DNA of 64,000 nt, from positions 3,104,001 to 3,168,000 of the forward strand of contig OY970178.1 of NCBI GenBank assembly GCA_963707915.1. Reading direction: 5' to 3'. This DNA is from Candidatus Eiseniibacteriota bacterium (GTDB lineage: Bacteria > Eisenbacteria > RBG-16-71-46). Below the pieces are notes generated by a model. It was not told the DNA's origin. It searched no databases and saw only the letters and a program-made list of their open reading frames with translations. How positions within the stretch are numbered: the first letter of the stretch is position 1; the number at the start of each line of letters is the position of its first letter. A program made the position numbers and the translations under genes. Positions 51,565 to 61,354 of this stretch are shown here, piece after piece.

Positions 51565-51685
51565 CGGATGGAATGGGGATCGCCATGTTCGCCTCGGCGT
51601 GCCCGGGTGGCGTTTCCGCAGAAATTCATGAAATGCAGTGGACATGCCACTGGATTTCTCTGCCCGCCTGGGCTAGCCTTCGGGC

Positions 51686-52855
51686 ATGTTCCGGCGCTTC
51701 CTCGACCTCCCCGCCCTTGCTGCCGAGCGGAGTTTCTTCCTGCTCGGGCCTCGCCAGACGGGCAAGTCCACGCTGTTGCGGGCCTCCTTTCCGGATGCGC
51801 TGTTTCTCGACTTGCTGGACGCGCAGACGTTCCGCTCGTTGGCGGTGGCCCCGAACCTGATCGGTGAGCGCGCGCGAGCATTGAAGGGGCGTCACCGCGT
51901 TGTCATCGTCGATGAGATCCAGAAGTTGCCCGAGCTGCTTGACGAGATTCACCGGCTCATGGAACTCGACAAGTCCCTGCGCTTCATCCTCACCGGGAGC
52001 AGCACGAGGAAGCTCCGCACTCGCGGGCGAAACCTGCTCGGTGGCAGAGCCGGGCTGGTGCGGATGCATCCGATCGCATACCCGGAGCTGGGGACTGCCA
52101 GCCGACCTCATTCCTGGGCGGACATGCTTCGATGGGGCGGGCTTCCCTCGGTGCTCGGTTCGAAGACGTCGAAGGACGATCTCCAGGCCTACGTGGGCCT
52201 CTATCTCCAGGAGGAGATCAGGGCCGAGGGGTTGGCGCGCTCCGTTCCGAACTTCAGTCGGTTCCTCGAGACCGCGGCCGCCATGAACGGCGAGACCCTG
52301 AACTACACGAAACTGGGCAACGATGCACAGCTCTCACCGCGGACCGTGCGGGACTACTTCCAGATCCTGCAGGACACGTTGGTGGGCGATCTGCTTCCTC
52401 CCTTCCAGCACACCCGCACGCGCAAGGCCGTTGCCACGGAGAAGTTCTACTTCTTCGACATCGGGATGACGAACGCTCTCGTCGAGCGTTGGGCCGTTTC
52501 GCCGCGCACGCCGGAATACGGTCGTCTGCTCGAGCACCTGGTCGAGCGCGAGATCAGGGCCTCGATGGACTACCTCAGAAACGACCGTCATCTGTTCTTC
52601 TGGCGCACGCTGTCGCGGCTGGAAGTCGACTTCGTCGTCGCGGAAGGGCAGAAGCCCGTGGTGGCGATCGAGGTGAAGGCTTCGCGGTCGGTCTCCCAGC
52701 AGGACCTCAAAGGCCTCCGGGCGTTCGCCGAAGACTGGCCGCGGGTTCGCAAGGTCGTGGTGTCGCTGGAGCCCCACCTACGCACGACGGAGGATGGCGT
52801 GGAGATCGTGCCGGTGGAGGAGTTCCTGGCTCGGCTCTGGGGTAAGGCGATTTGA
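51686..52855 (+). CDS. AAA+ ATPase with DUF4143 nuclease-like C-terminal domain
   Basis: GPRQTGKST, IVDEIQK, ILTGSS, KFYFFDIG, FFWRT...EVDFV...IEVK. Confidence 0.88.
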   Translation: MFRRFLDLPALAAERSFFLLGPRQTGKSTLLRASFPDALFLDLLDAQTFRSLAVAPNLIGERARALKGRHRVVIVDEIQKLPELLDEIHRLMELDKSLRFILTGSSTRKLRTRGRNLLGGRAGLVRMHPIAYPELGTASRPHSWADMLRWGGLPSVLGSKTSKDDLQAYVGLYLQEEIRAEGLARSVPNFSRFLETAAAMNGETLNYTKLGNDAQLSPRTVRDYFQILQDTLVGDLLPPFQHTRTRKAVATEKFYFFDIGMTNALVERWAVSPRTPEYGRLLEHLVEREIRASMDYLRNDRHLFFWRTLSRLEVDFVVAEGQKPVVAIEVKASRSVSQQDLKGLRAFAEDWPRVRKVVVSLEPHLRTTEDGVEIVPVEEFLARLWGKAI

Positions 52856-52961
52856 TGGTCTGCTGCCAGATTTCGGTCCAGCGTGGCGGGATGCCGACTA
52901 CAAGTGCATCAGCGTCGGGGGCAGGTCAGGCAGTAGTCCCCAGCTCATCTCGGAGGCCGCC

Positions 52962-53861
52962 ATGGGTATTGTGACGAAGCACAAATCACGACGTATACCT
53001 GCCAAGCTTCGAATATCATGCCTGCCACTCCTGACCTGGCTGATCGTTCTGGGTGCAGGGCTCCTGGTCACGGGCTCCACGGCCCGGGCCGCGGTCTGGG
53101 ACTTGCCCCGTCGGCCCCTGGCTGACGACGAGAAGCTCGCCCTCACGGTGAGCCAATCGGACGCGATTGTCATCGCCTGCATCCGGCAGGTGAGGGACAG
53201 CACGATCGAGCTGCGGTCCGACCCTGAGTCCGGCTCCACCGATCACGTTTCCTATGTCGACGTGGCGCTCGTCCCACTGCAGTGGCTCAAGGGCGATCCC
53301 GAACCCGGCGACCTGCACGTCGGGATGTTCCCGACGATGGACAGGGTGCTGGACGAAGTGCAGCGACGCCTCCGGGAAGGATCACTCACCGCGATGTTCT
53401 TCCTGCGGCGCTCTCCTCGGGGCTGGATGATCTCCGATGACCCGAACGGCTTCCGGACGGGAAGCCTGCTGGTTCTCGACCAGCCGACGAGCGCCACTCA
53501 TGACATCGCCGCGGTGCGGGCGGCCGTCGCCCGGCAGAGCCTCGACTCGCTCCTCGTCCGGGCGGATCTCGTTGTCGTCGGCCATCCGGACCTCACGTCG
53601 TCGCGGGTGCACGTGGACAGCGTCGTCGTGGGCGAGTCGCCGGGCGTCTCAATCCGCGTGGACAGCCCCGTCTGGGGCGTGGTCCAGCCCGGTCGGTCGG
53701 TTCTCTTCCTGCGTCGGCTGGCGCCAGACAGGTTCGAGACGCTCGACTTCTTCGCCGGCAGCGTGCCGATGAAGTCGGACTCCCTCGAGCGTCAGGGAAT
53801 CCCGCTCCAACGGCTCTTCGAGCGCGCCGCAGAGTTGCGCCGGGGTGCGGGACCGAGATGA
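52962..53861 (+). CDS. Hypothetical exported protein with two related subdomains
   Basis: GGAGG RBS; TM/signal segment; related motifs SDAIVIA and ADLVVVG. Confidence 0.55.
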   Translation: MGIVTKHKSRRIPAKLRISCLPLLTWLIVLGAGLLVTGSTARAAVWDLPRRPLADDEKLALTVSQSDAIVIACIRQVRDSTIELRSDPESGSTDHVSYVDVALVPLQWLKGDPEPGDLHVGMFPTMDRVLDEVQRRLREGSLTAMFFLRRSPRGWMISDDPNGFRTGSLLVLDQPTSATHDIAAVRAAVARQSLDSLLVRADLVVVGHPDLTSSRVHVDSVVVGESPGVSIRVDSPVWGVVQPGRSVLFLRRLAPDRFETLDFFAGSVPMKSDSLERQGIPLQRLFERAAELRRGAGPR

Positions 53862-55114
53862 GTGCGCCCATGAACTCCCGGAGCAGGTGCGTCTTGCTGC
53901 TCGGAATGGTCCCGTCCATGCTCCCGACCGCGGTCGCGGCCGGGACGATGGACTGAGAGGGCCCCTACGTCTGTGCTCCCTGGTACTGCTACGAGTATAA
54001 CGGGCGATACTGGTACAAACACTGGTACGGCGGTTCGTCGGAATACGTGTACGTATCCGGCTCGACGACCGGTGTCACCACCGCGGCGCTGTCAAGTGCC
54101 GCCTCGCCCGCGGTCTCGCAGTGGACCACCCGGACATACGGACTTCCCCGTCTGACGTTCTACCAGAGCACCATCGAGACGTACTCGTACGTCAAGTTCG
54201 TCTCCGACCAGACCTGGCTTGCCGCCGGGCTGAGTCCCACTGGGCGGGCGGTCACGTTCTGGGTCGAGAACGGCAATGGGACCATCGCCCATTGCCGTAT
54301 CTGGCTGCGGATTCGATCGGCTGACCAACCGGGATGGTGCGCCGATTGCAATGCGCCGGGCGCTGATTGCATCACGCCGCCCCTCAAGTACGACCTGCCA
54401 TCGATTTTGGCGCACGAGTTCGGTCACTGGTGGGTCGTAGGTGACACCTACGACCTGACCTGCGGCGAGAACATGGATCTCATGTACTGGATTGCATCGC
54501 CGGGGATCGTGAACCGCGTTCCATCATCCGAGGACGTGGCGAGCGCGCAATCACTCTACGATCAGCCTGTCGACGTGCTGGCCTCGGTCTCTCGCAGCGA
54601 TGCCACGCCGGAGAACGTCACGCTCGTCTGGTCGCTCGGGGCGGGCGTGAGTTCGGTGGTTGTCGAGCGCTGTGTGCCGGGCGCGGGATGGTCCTCGCTC
54701 GGGACGGCGAGCATCGACGGCACCGGATTCGCGAGCTATGTCGATGCGAACGTCGTGCCTGGCACCCGCTACGGATACCGGCTCCTGCTCTCGACTGGCG
54801 GCGGCGATGTGGTGGCCGGCGAGACCTGGGTGGATGTCCCGCGGTGGGAATTGACGCTCGGAGCGGTCACGCCCAACCCCTCGTGCGACGGCCTTCTGCG
54901 CCTGCACTACGTGCTCGGGGACGCGGCGCCGGCGTCGCTAGACGTGATGGACGTCGGCGGCCGATTGGCGCGGCACGTCGATGTCGGTGCCGCCGGTAGG
55001 GGGGCTCACACGGTCTGTCTGGGGGACGGCGCCCCGTTCGCCGCCGGGCTCTACTGGGTGCGCCTGAGGCAAGGCACGCGCATCCGGACGACGCGCGCCA
55101 TCGTCGTGCGATGA
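53858..55114 (+). pseudogene. Matrixin-like Zn metalloprotease with C-terminal sorting-like domain, interrupted by an in-frame TGA at 53954
   Basis: Signal peptide from ATG 53858 is in frame with ORF 54047; LAHEFGHWWVVGD and Met-turn DLMY; C-terminus TPNP...DVGGR...GLYWVRL. Confidence 0.7.
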
Positions 55115-55148
55115 CCTAGGTTCTGTCCGAGCCTCCCCGGGACAATCG

Positions 55149-55177
55149 AGCCCCGGCGATCGGCGATCGCCGGGGCT
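55149..55177 (+). terminator. Intrinsic terminator-like hairpin
   Basis: AGCCCCGGCGATC-ggc-GATCGCCGGGGCT perfect 13-bp stem, followed by TATCGTT. Confidence 0.65.
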
Positions 55178-55285
55178 TATCGTTCGGGGGGCTCAGCCCA
55201 GCGACGGGGGCTCGGCCACCGCCTGCGCAATGGCCGCGGCGTCTGCCTGTTCCCCGAAGTCCAGCCGCCGTGCTTCGCGGTCAGC

Positions 55286-55588
55286 GTGGAGAATGCGCCG
55301 CTCGTGGGCGCGGCCGAGCTGCGGCTGCCTGGCGCCAACCCGCGCATGGGCAGCGTCCGTTTCGGCTATCGCACGCCGCAGGTGGGACGCATCGAGGCGA
55401 GCATCCACGACATCGTGGGCCGCAAGCCGGCCCGCCCGGTGTCGGCCTGGCAGCCGGCCGGCGAGCAACTGGGCGGCTGGGATGCCTGCGACGATCGCGG
55501 CGAACGCGTTCATGCGGGCGTCTGCTTCCTGAGCGTGACCCTCGACAGCCAGCCCGTGGGCGGGAAGAAGCTCCTGATCGTGCGGTAG
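55286..55588 (+). pseudogene. Orphan remnant of a FlgD-Ig/T9SS-A-like C-terminal domain
   Basis: ANP...IHDIVGRK...WD..DDRGERVHAGVCFL...KKLLIVR, with no upstream body or signal peptide. Confidence 0.55.
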
Positions 55589-55854
55589 CGGGGGCAGCGC
55601 GCCGGGTCGCAAATCCAGGCGGCCAGGAGCGGCGACGTTCCGCGAGAGGTTCTGAAGTTCGACGCCCAAAGACCCGACGGCGTCTTCTGCTTGCCCGGGT
55701 GCGCCTGCGCGCCGCCCCCGACCGATGACTTGGCCGCTCCCTTTGTCGGCGATGACCTCGCCAAACACGAAGCCCCGCGCCGCGTGCAGTATCGCGCACA
55801 AGCGCAGGGCGAAGGGCGGAGCGGGGAAGGTGCTCCGAGCAGCCAGAGGGAAGA

Positions 55855-56039
55855 TGGTGCGCCGCCTAGGACTTGAACCTAGAACCTACTGATTAAGAGA
55901 CTCTGACCGCCGCCAGCACGAAGCGATTGTCGCGCAACGTATTGCGAAGAACGGCAAGAAGTTGGCCCGGGAACAAACGGGCATCCGCGGGCATCCTCGG
56001 GCATTTGAAGGGGCACGAAACGGGGAAGGTTTCCCCGCT
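55855..56039 (-). repeat. att-like repeat copy 2: 45-bp 3' half of tRNA-Lys plus 140-bp arm
   Basis: The first 45 bp are identical to 57993-58037; identity stops at the anticodon loop. Confidence 0.92.
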
Positions 56040-56317
56040 GGCTCATGACTGCACCCTCCGTGCGGTCCTGTCCCCGGGGTCCGGAGTCATGTCCCTGTGC
56101 CGGCGCGGCATCCCACACGCTAGTGATCGACCCGAGGTCGCCCTCGCGGGCGCCTCCGTTCCCTCAATCGTGGTCTGTCGGCCGGGTCGGATCTCCCATC
56201 TAGTGCACGCGGTCGCGAGAAGCGCCTCCAACGCACAATCGGAATCTCGGACCCAGCCGACATCTTGCGCCGTCACCGTCGCCAGGAACATCCCAAGAAC
56301 CCGGCGACGTGATCGTA

Positions 56318-56824
56318 CTATCGCACCAAGACCACCCCGGTGTTGGCCGTGGCCGAGCCAAGTCGGAATCTCACGACGTACTTCCCAGCAGGCATCACCG
56401 CCCCAGTCTCGCTGACTCCTGACCAGTAGTAGTCGACGCGCCCATCAACCACCGGCAGCGATCGCGAGTAGGCGCGGCGTCCGGCCGCATCGAAGACATC
56501 GACGGTTGCCAATCCCGAGCGCGCGATCGCGGCCCGCTGGTCAAGCGTGGGGTAGGTGTCGCCGCTATGCGTCAGCAGCGCCAAGTAGCCACCGATGAGG
56601 AGGACGTTCGCGATCTGGCCAGCCGTCTGCCGGGTGACGACCTTTTCCTGTGTTCCCCCGACGCCGATGTTGCCGGGATCGGTTCCGCCGTGGCCCGGGT
56701 CAATCCAGACGTCGATCTGTGCCTCGGCTCGTAGCGACCAGAGAGCTCCACTGAGCAGCAGCAGGGACGAAGACAGCGCCAGCGAGGAGAAAGACCGGAA
56801 CAGACTGCGAGAAGAGTGGATCAT
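56318..56824 (-). pseudogene. Internally deleted N-acetylmuramoyl-L-alanine amidase (Amidase_3 N-terminal part fused to a C-terminal sorting-like domain)
   Basis: VWIDPGHGGTDPG...EK...LDQRAAIAR is joined directly to VDVFDAAGRR...PAGKYVVRF; the SIH/E half of the domain is missing. Confidence 0.65.
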
Positions 56825-57687
56825 GACGCCCTCCCAGCCTTGGTGCCGCGTCTTGGCACCAACTCGATCACCTTCTGCCACGAGGCGTCCTCGCCGTTGC
56901 CGGAAGGCACCTCGAACAGCAGACGAGTGCGGTCAATCCAATGCGGCTCACGTTCGGCCTCAGGCGTGTCGGTCAAGCGGCACTTGCCGCCGCGCCGATC
57001 GAAGAGCCACAGATCGGCCGCGGCGACTTCCTCGTATTGATTGACGGACGTTGGCTTGGACACCACAAGTAGCCGGGAATCGGGGGACCAGCTGAAGTCG
57101 TAGTCGGCGTGAATCGAGAGCGTGTCAACGACGCGAACCTGTCCCGACGGAATGGAGACGAGCACAAGTACGCACGTCGGTCGTCCGTAGAGGACGCCTG
57201 CCACAGCGAGCGTCCGCGAATCCGGGGCCCAGCGGAACCTGGATACGAGCGCACCGAACTCAGGCCGAAGGGTGCGCCGAGATGCGACGTCGACGACGCA
57301 GAGCAGCCAGGGGCGCTGTCTCGACTCCCAGGTCGTGCACGCGATCCACTTGCCGTCGGGAGACCACCGTGGCTGGGATAGCGACCGTTCAAGCAGCGGC
57401 CGGGATGAACCTGTCGCTGAATCCTCGAGGAAGATGTGGGGGTGATGCTGCGCGTCGCTCTTGACGACGGCTTGAAGTGAACCGGGGCCTGGCGCTACCC
57501 GCGCATCATCGAGTTCGCGGAGCAGCCGATGGGTGGAGACGAAGGGGCGATCGGCGGAGGTCGCGGGCCTTCTCGTCTGCACCCTCCAATCGCACGCGCC
57601 GAGCGGCGACGCCGGGCCGGTGGCCTTGGTGGCCGCCGCCAAGAGCAGCAGGCCAGCGCTCACGATTCCTACGAAGTATCGGGCCAT
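56821..57687 (-). CDS. Secreted TolB-like/PD40 propeller protein
   Basis: Signal peptide; PRWSPDG, RWAPDS and SWSPDS repeats. Confidence 0.75.
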   Translation of the reverse strand: MARYFVGIVSAGLLLLAAATKATGPASPLGACDWRVQTRRPATSADRPFVSTHRLLRELDDARVAPGPGSLQAVVKSDAQHHPHIFLEDSATGSSRPLLERSLSQPRWSPDGKWIACTTWESRQRPWLLCVVDVASRRTLRPEFGALVSRFRWAPDSRTLAVAGVLYGRPTCVLVLVSIPSGQVRVVDTLSIHADYDFSWSPDSRLLVVSKPTSVNQYEEVAAADLWLFDRRGGKCRLTDTPEAEREPHWIDRTRLLFEVPSGNGEDASWQKVIELVPRRGTKAGRAS

Positions 57688-57951
57688 GTTCGCCTCGCTG
57701 TCCCTCATTGCGTATTCCGGCCATCGCGAACGCTCATCGGAGCGAAGCGACGCGGGTCAGGTTGTGCCTCGCGCCTCCGTGCCTCAGGTCTGCTGCATCT
57801 TAGCGCCTCCTCGTTCTGCGCGGGTGGTCTTCCTGATGCGGGGCGGGTCATGGCGGACAGCCGGAGTGATCTGCGACCCATCGGGCCAGGGGCAGCCGTG
57901 AGCCCACGCAGGCCGTCCGCCCGTGTCACCGCGGACGGGCCGGAAACGCGA

Positions 57952-57976
57952 AGGGCCCGACCGTGGGCCGGGTCCT
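57952..57976 (-). terminator. Terminator-like hairpin downstream of the tRNA
   Basis: AGGACCCGGCC-cac-GGTCGGGCCCT (one mismatch) followed by TCGCGTTTC. Confidence 0.5.
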
Positions 57977-57992
57977 CGGGAGTTCGAGAAGT

Positions 57993-58068
57993 TGGTGCGC
58001 CGCCTAGGACTTGAACCTAGAACCTACTGATTAAGAGTCAGTTGCTCTACCAATTGAGCTAGCGGCGC
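57993..58068 (-). tRNA. tRNA-Lys (anticodon CTT)
   Basis: GCGCCGCTAGCTCAATTGGTAGAGCAACTGACTCTTAATCAGTAGGTTCTAGGTTCAAGTCCTAGGCGGCGCACCA, 76 nt cloverleaf with encoded CCA. Confidence 0.97.
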
Positions 58069-58409
58069 AACACTGGACTGCGGGGCTGCGATCGAGGGTC
58101 GGCGAGCCTGCCCGTCTCGCCACGCGTCAGGCAACGTGGACGGGAAACCTACCCGGAAACCGCCCGCCCCGCAAGCGTGCCCGCGGTCCGCGCCGAGGGA
58201 CGCCCGGCCGGGCGGGCCCGCAGGCGCGCCGGGGCGATCCCCGGGCGGTGCTCGTCCGACGCTGGCGCGCCCGCGCCTGGCTGGTAGAATCGGCGTCGCG
58301 CTCGCACGTCGCCGGCGACGGACCGGGTCGCCCCGGGGGCGCCCTGAGCGCGGTGGCATCCCCACGCGCCGGCCGGACCTCGCGGCGGACACCGGAAGGG
58401 AGTCGCTCG

Positions 58410-59993
58410 TTGAGAAGGTCGCTGCCGCTCCTCCTCCTCCTGGCCCTGCTCCGCGCCGACGCGGTCCCAGCCGCCGCGCCGCCGCCGGCCGCGCCGCTGG
58501 AACTCTCGTTCTACTACGGCGTGGACCTGCGGAAGGACGAGGCGGTCCGCGAGCTCGAGCGGGTGTGGCGCCGCGCGGCGGCCGCCGGATACACGCGGGT
58601 GATGCTGGCCGACCTCCGCTTCGCCCGGCCGGACGAGATGGACGCGCACTACCGGGCGAACGCCGCGCGCGTGCGGAGCCTGGCGGGCGGTCTCGGGCTG
58701 GCGATCGTGCCCGGGGCCTTCCAAGTGGGGCGTTCCAACGTCATGCTGGGCCGCGATCCGAACCTGGCCGAGGGCCTGCCGGTGCGGCGCGCCCGTTTCG
58801 TGGTGCGCGGGGGCGAGGCGCGGCTGGTCGCCGATCCGCCGGTGTCGCTGCCCGGCCGGCCGGAGTGGGCGGATCCCGGCGTGCGGCTGGCCGGCGCGGT
58901 GGCCGTCAGCGTCGACAACCCGGGGCGCGCCCGCTTCCGCCTGCGAGTGCGCGTCGCCCCGTTCCGCTGCTACCGCGTGTCGGTCAAGGTGCGCAGCCGC
59001 GGCTTCTCCGGCGCGGCGCAGGTCAGCGCGGTGGGCGGCCGGCAGGCGCTGGACTTCCCCGGGCCGCTCGACGTCCGACCCACCCAGGACTGGCGCGGCT
59101 ACGACGTCGTCTTCAACTCGCTCGACCACCGCGAGGTCGAGGTGTACATGGGCCTGTGGAAGGCCGCGCGCGGCCGGCTCGAGTGGACCGACTGGCGGAT
59201 CGAGGAGGTCGGCCTGCTCAACGTGCTGCGCCGCCCCGGCGCGCCGTGCGTGGTCGAGGGCCGGGTCGAGGGTCGCGACTACGAACTCATCCGCGACCCC
59301 GCGCTCGAGCGGGCGCGCGGCGACGGAACGTACTCCGAATGGCACGAGCCGCCGCGGATCCGCACCCGGCTCCCCGACGGCACGGAGCTGCGGGTGTCCT
59401 GGTACCACCCGGCCTTCTTCTTCGGCGGGACGACGACCTGCTGCCCCTCGGAGCCCGGGACCTACGCCCTGCTGCGCGACGAGGCCGCGCGGCTGCGGGA
59501 GCTGTGGGGCGCCTCCGGCCGCCTGCTGATGCACAACGAGATCCGCTGCCTGGGCTGGGACGCCTCGTGCGCCGCGCAGGGCCGCACCGCCGGCGTGGTG
59601 CTGGCGGCGCACCTGCGGCGCTGCCGCGCATTGCTCGCCGGCGCGCAGGTCTACGCCTGGAGCGACCTGTTCGACCCGTTCCACAACGCCCACGACGGCT
59701 ACTACCTGGTGCACGGCGACCTGGCGCGCGCCTGGGAGGGGCTCGGTCGGGACGTCATCATCCTCAACTGGAACTTCGAGAACCGCGGCGAGTCGCTGCG
59801 CCTGTTCGCGCGGCGCGGCCAGCGCCAGGTCATCGCCGGCTACTACGACGGCGACCCCGCCGCGATCCGCGACGCGCTGGCCGCCGCGCGGGGCGTGCCG
59901 GGGATCGTCGGCGTGATGTACACGACCTGGCAGGGGCGCTACGACGATCTCGAGGAGTTCGCGCGGATCGTACGAGGGGCCGCGCGGGACTGA
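58410..59993 (+). CDS. Secreted GH20-like TIM-barrel protein with CBM-like insertion
   Basis: TTG start after GGGAG; signal peptide; MHNEIR (position of the GH20 DE pair), WSDLFDP, IILNWNF, GVMYTTW. Confidence 0.5.
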   Translation: MRRSLPLLLLLALLRADAVPAAAPPPAAPLELSFYYGVDLRKDEAVRELERVWRRAAAAGYTRVMLADLRFARPDEMDAHYRANAARVRSLAGGLGLAIVPGAFQVGRSNVMLGRDPNLAEGLPVRRARFVVRGGEARLVADPPVSLPGRPEWADPGVRLAGAVAVSVDNPGRARFRLRVRVAPFRCYRVSVKVRSRGFSGAAQVSAVGGRQALDFPGPLDVRPTQDWRGYDVVFNSLDHREVEVYMGLWKAARGRLEWTDWRIEEVGLLNVLRRPGAPCVVEGRVEGRDYELIRDPALERARGDGTYSEWHEPPRIRTRLPDGTELRVSWYHPAFFFGGTTTCCPSEPGTYALLRDEAARLRELWGASGRLLMHNEIRCLGWDASCAAQGRTAGVVLAAHLRRCRALLAGAQVYAWSDLFDPFHNAHDGYYLVHGDLARAWEGLGRDVIILNWNFENRGESLRLFARRGQRQVIAGYYDGDPAAIRDALAAARGVPGIVGVMYTTWQGRYDDLEEFARIVRGAARD

Positions 59994-60014
59994 CCGGGGC
60001 CCGGGGGACTGCGG

Positions 60015-60683
60015 TCAGGTCGTGCGGAACAGCGCGTGCCGGCGCAGTCCCTGGAACTCGTCGGTCTTCGCGATCCACGCGGCGCCGGCCAGCGCCTTCT
60101 CGAAGTGATCGGGATTCGAGGCGATCAGCGCGAGCCGGCGGGGGGCGCGCGCCAGCGAGCGGCGCAGGTTCTCGACCACCGCCGCGAGCACGGTCCCGAC
60201 GAACGGGTTGTAGACGAACAGGCAGGTCAGGTCGTCCGGGAACTCGTAGGCGGTCGCGTCCACGGTGACGAACCCGACGTCGCGGCAGCGCAGTCGCGGT
60301 CGCGCGGCCTCCAGGTTCCGTTCGGCGATGCGGGTCAGCACCGGCGAGATCTCGACCCCGATCACGCGGCGGAACGGGAAGCGCGCCGCGGCCAGCACGA
60401 TCCGGCCCTTGCCCGAGCCGCAGTCGAGGAACACGCCCCGACGTTCGTCGGCCGAGAGCCACCGCATCGACCGGTGGAAGTCGAGGTAGCTCTCCGGCGC
60501 GTAGTCGTGGTCGTCGCGATCCACGACGCCCTCCGTCTCCAGCCGGTAGCCGCCGAAGGAGCGGATGCCGAGCCGGCGCTCCCAGTACTCCGCGTGCAGC
60601 CGGTGCACGGCGTAGCGCAGCGAGGGCGCGGGCCCCTCGCGCCGCAGCCTGTCGAGGATCCGGACGGGAGACGGGAACGGCAT
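60015..60683 (-). CDS. Class I SAM-dependent methyltransferase
   Basis: FLDCGSGKGR, VIGVEIS, DAT, FVYNPF. Confidence 0.85.
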   Translation of the reverse strand: MPFPSPVRILDRLRREGPAPSLRYAVHRLHAEYWERRLGIRSFGGYRLETEGVVDRDDHDYAPESYLDFHRSMRWLSADERRGVFLDCGSGKGRIVLAAARFPFRRVIGVEISPVLTRIAERNLEAARPRLRCRDVGFVTVDATAYEFPDDLTCLFVYNPFVGTVLAAVVENLRRSLARAPRRLALIASNPDHFEKALAGAAWIAKTDEFQGLRRHALFRTT

Positions 60684-60958
60684 GCACGGCCTCCGATGAC
60701 GGCGCTTCCGGCCCCGGGAACTCCCGGCGGACGCGAGCCGGAGCGGGCGCGCGCGAGGATCGCCATCGTCCGCGCGCGCCGGCGAGTCTAGCCCGCCGCC
60801 CGGCCGCTGCTCAAGGCGGGGGCGCCGTTCCCGCCGCCGCGCGCGCTCGGCGGGACACCGCGCCCGGCGCCGCCGCGCCGCATGACGGAGGGGGGGGCGC
60901 ATGCTATCCTGCGGTCCCTTTCTGACCCGCATGCGGCCCGCCGCGAGAGGATCCGGGC

Positions 60959-61351
60959 ATGGTGACTCGACCGCCGAAACGCAGGTTCTTCGTGCTCTTC
61001 ATGGGCTTCTGGCTGCCGGTGCTGGCCTACGTCAGTCTCATCTTCGTCGTCAGCGCGCAGCCGAACCTGCAGTCCCCGCTCACGTTCACGAACGGGGACA
61101 AGGTCGCGCACGTGTGCGAGTACGTCCTGCTGGGGCTCCTGCTGGTGCGGGCGCTGCGCGCGACCCTGCGGGTGAGCCGCCCGCTCTTCGCCGCCATGAT
61201 CGCGATCGCCCTGGTGGTGGCGGTGGGCGCGGGGGACGAGTTCCTCCAGTCGTTCATCCCGGGCCGGACGTCGGACATCTTCGACCTGCTGGCCGACGTG
61301 GTGGGTGGGGGAATCGCCCAGCTCGTCTACGTGACGTTCGTGAGGAGCTGA
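60959..61351 (+). CDS. VanZ family membrane protein
   Basis: DKVAH..EY..LG, DEFLQSFIPGRTSD..DLLAD. Confidence 0.88.
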   Translation: MVTRPPKRRFFVLFMGFWLPVLAYVSLIFVVSAQPNLQSPLTFTNGDKVAHVCEYVLLGLLLVRALRATLRVSRPLFAAMIAIALVVAVGAGDEFLQSFIPGRTSDIFDLLADVVGGGIAQLVYVTFVRS

Positions 61352-61354
61352 CCC

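Noticed and set aside
51380..55899. Additional functional tRNA genes or small ORFs at the 185-bp repeats
   Set aside because: Only the 3' 45 nt of the tRNA are present (no D-arm or 5' acceptor strand); the ORFs starting in them are antisense-tRNA artefacts.
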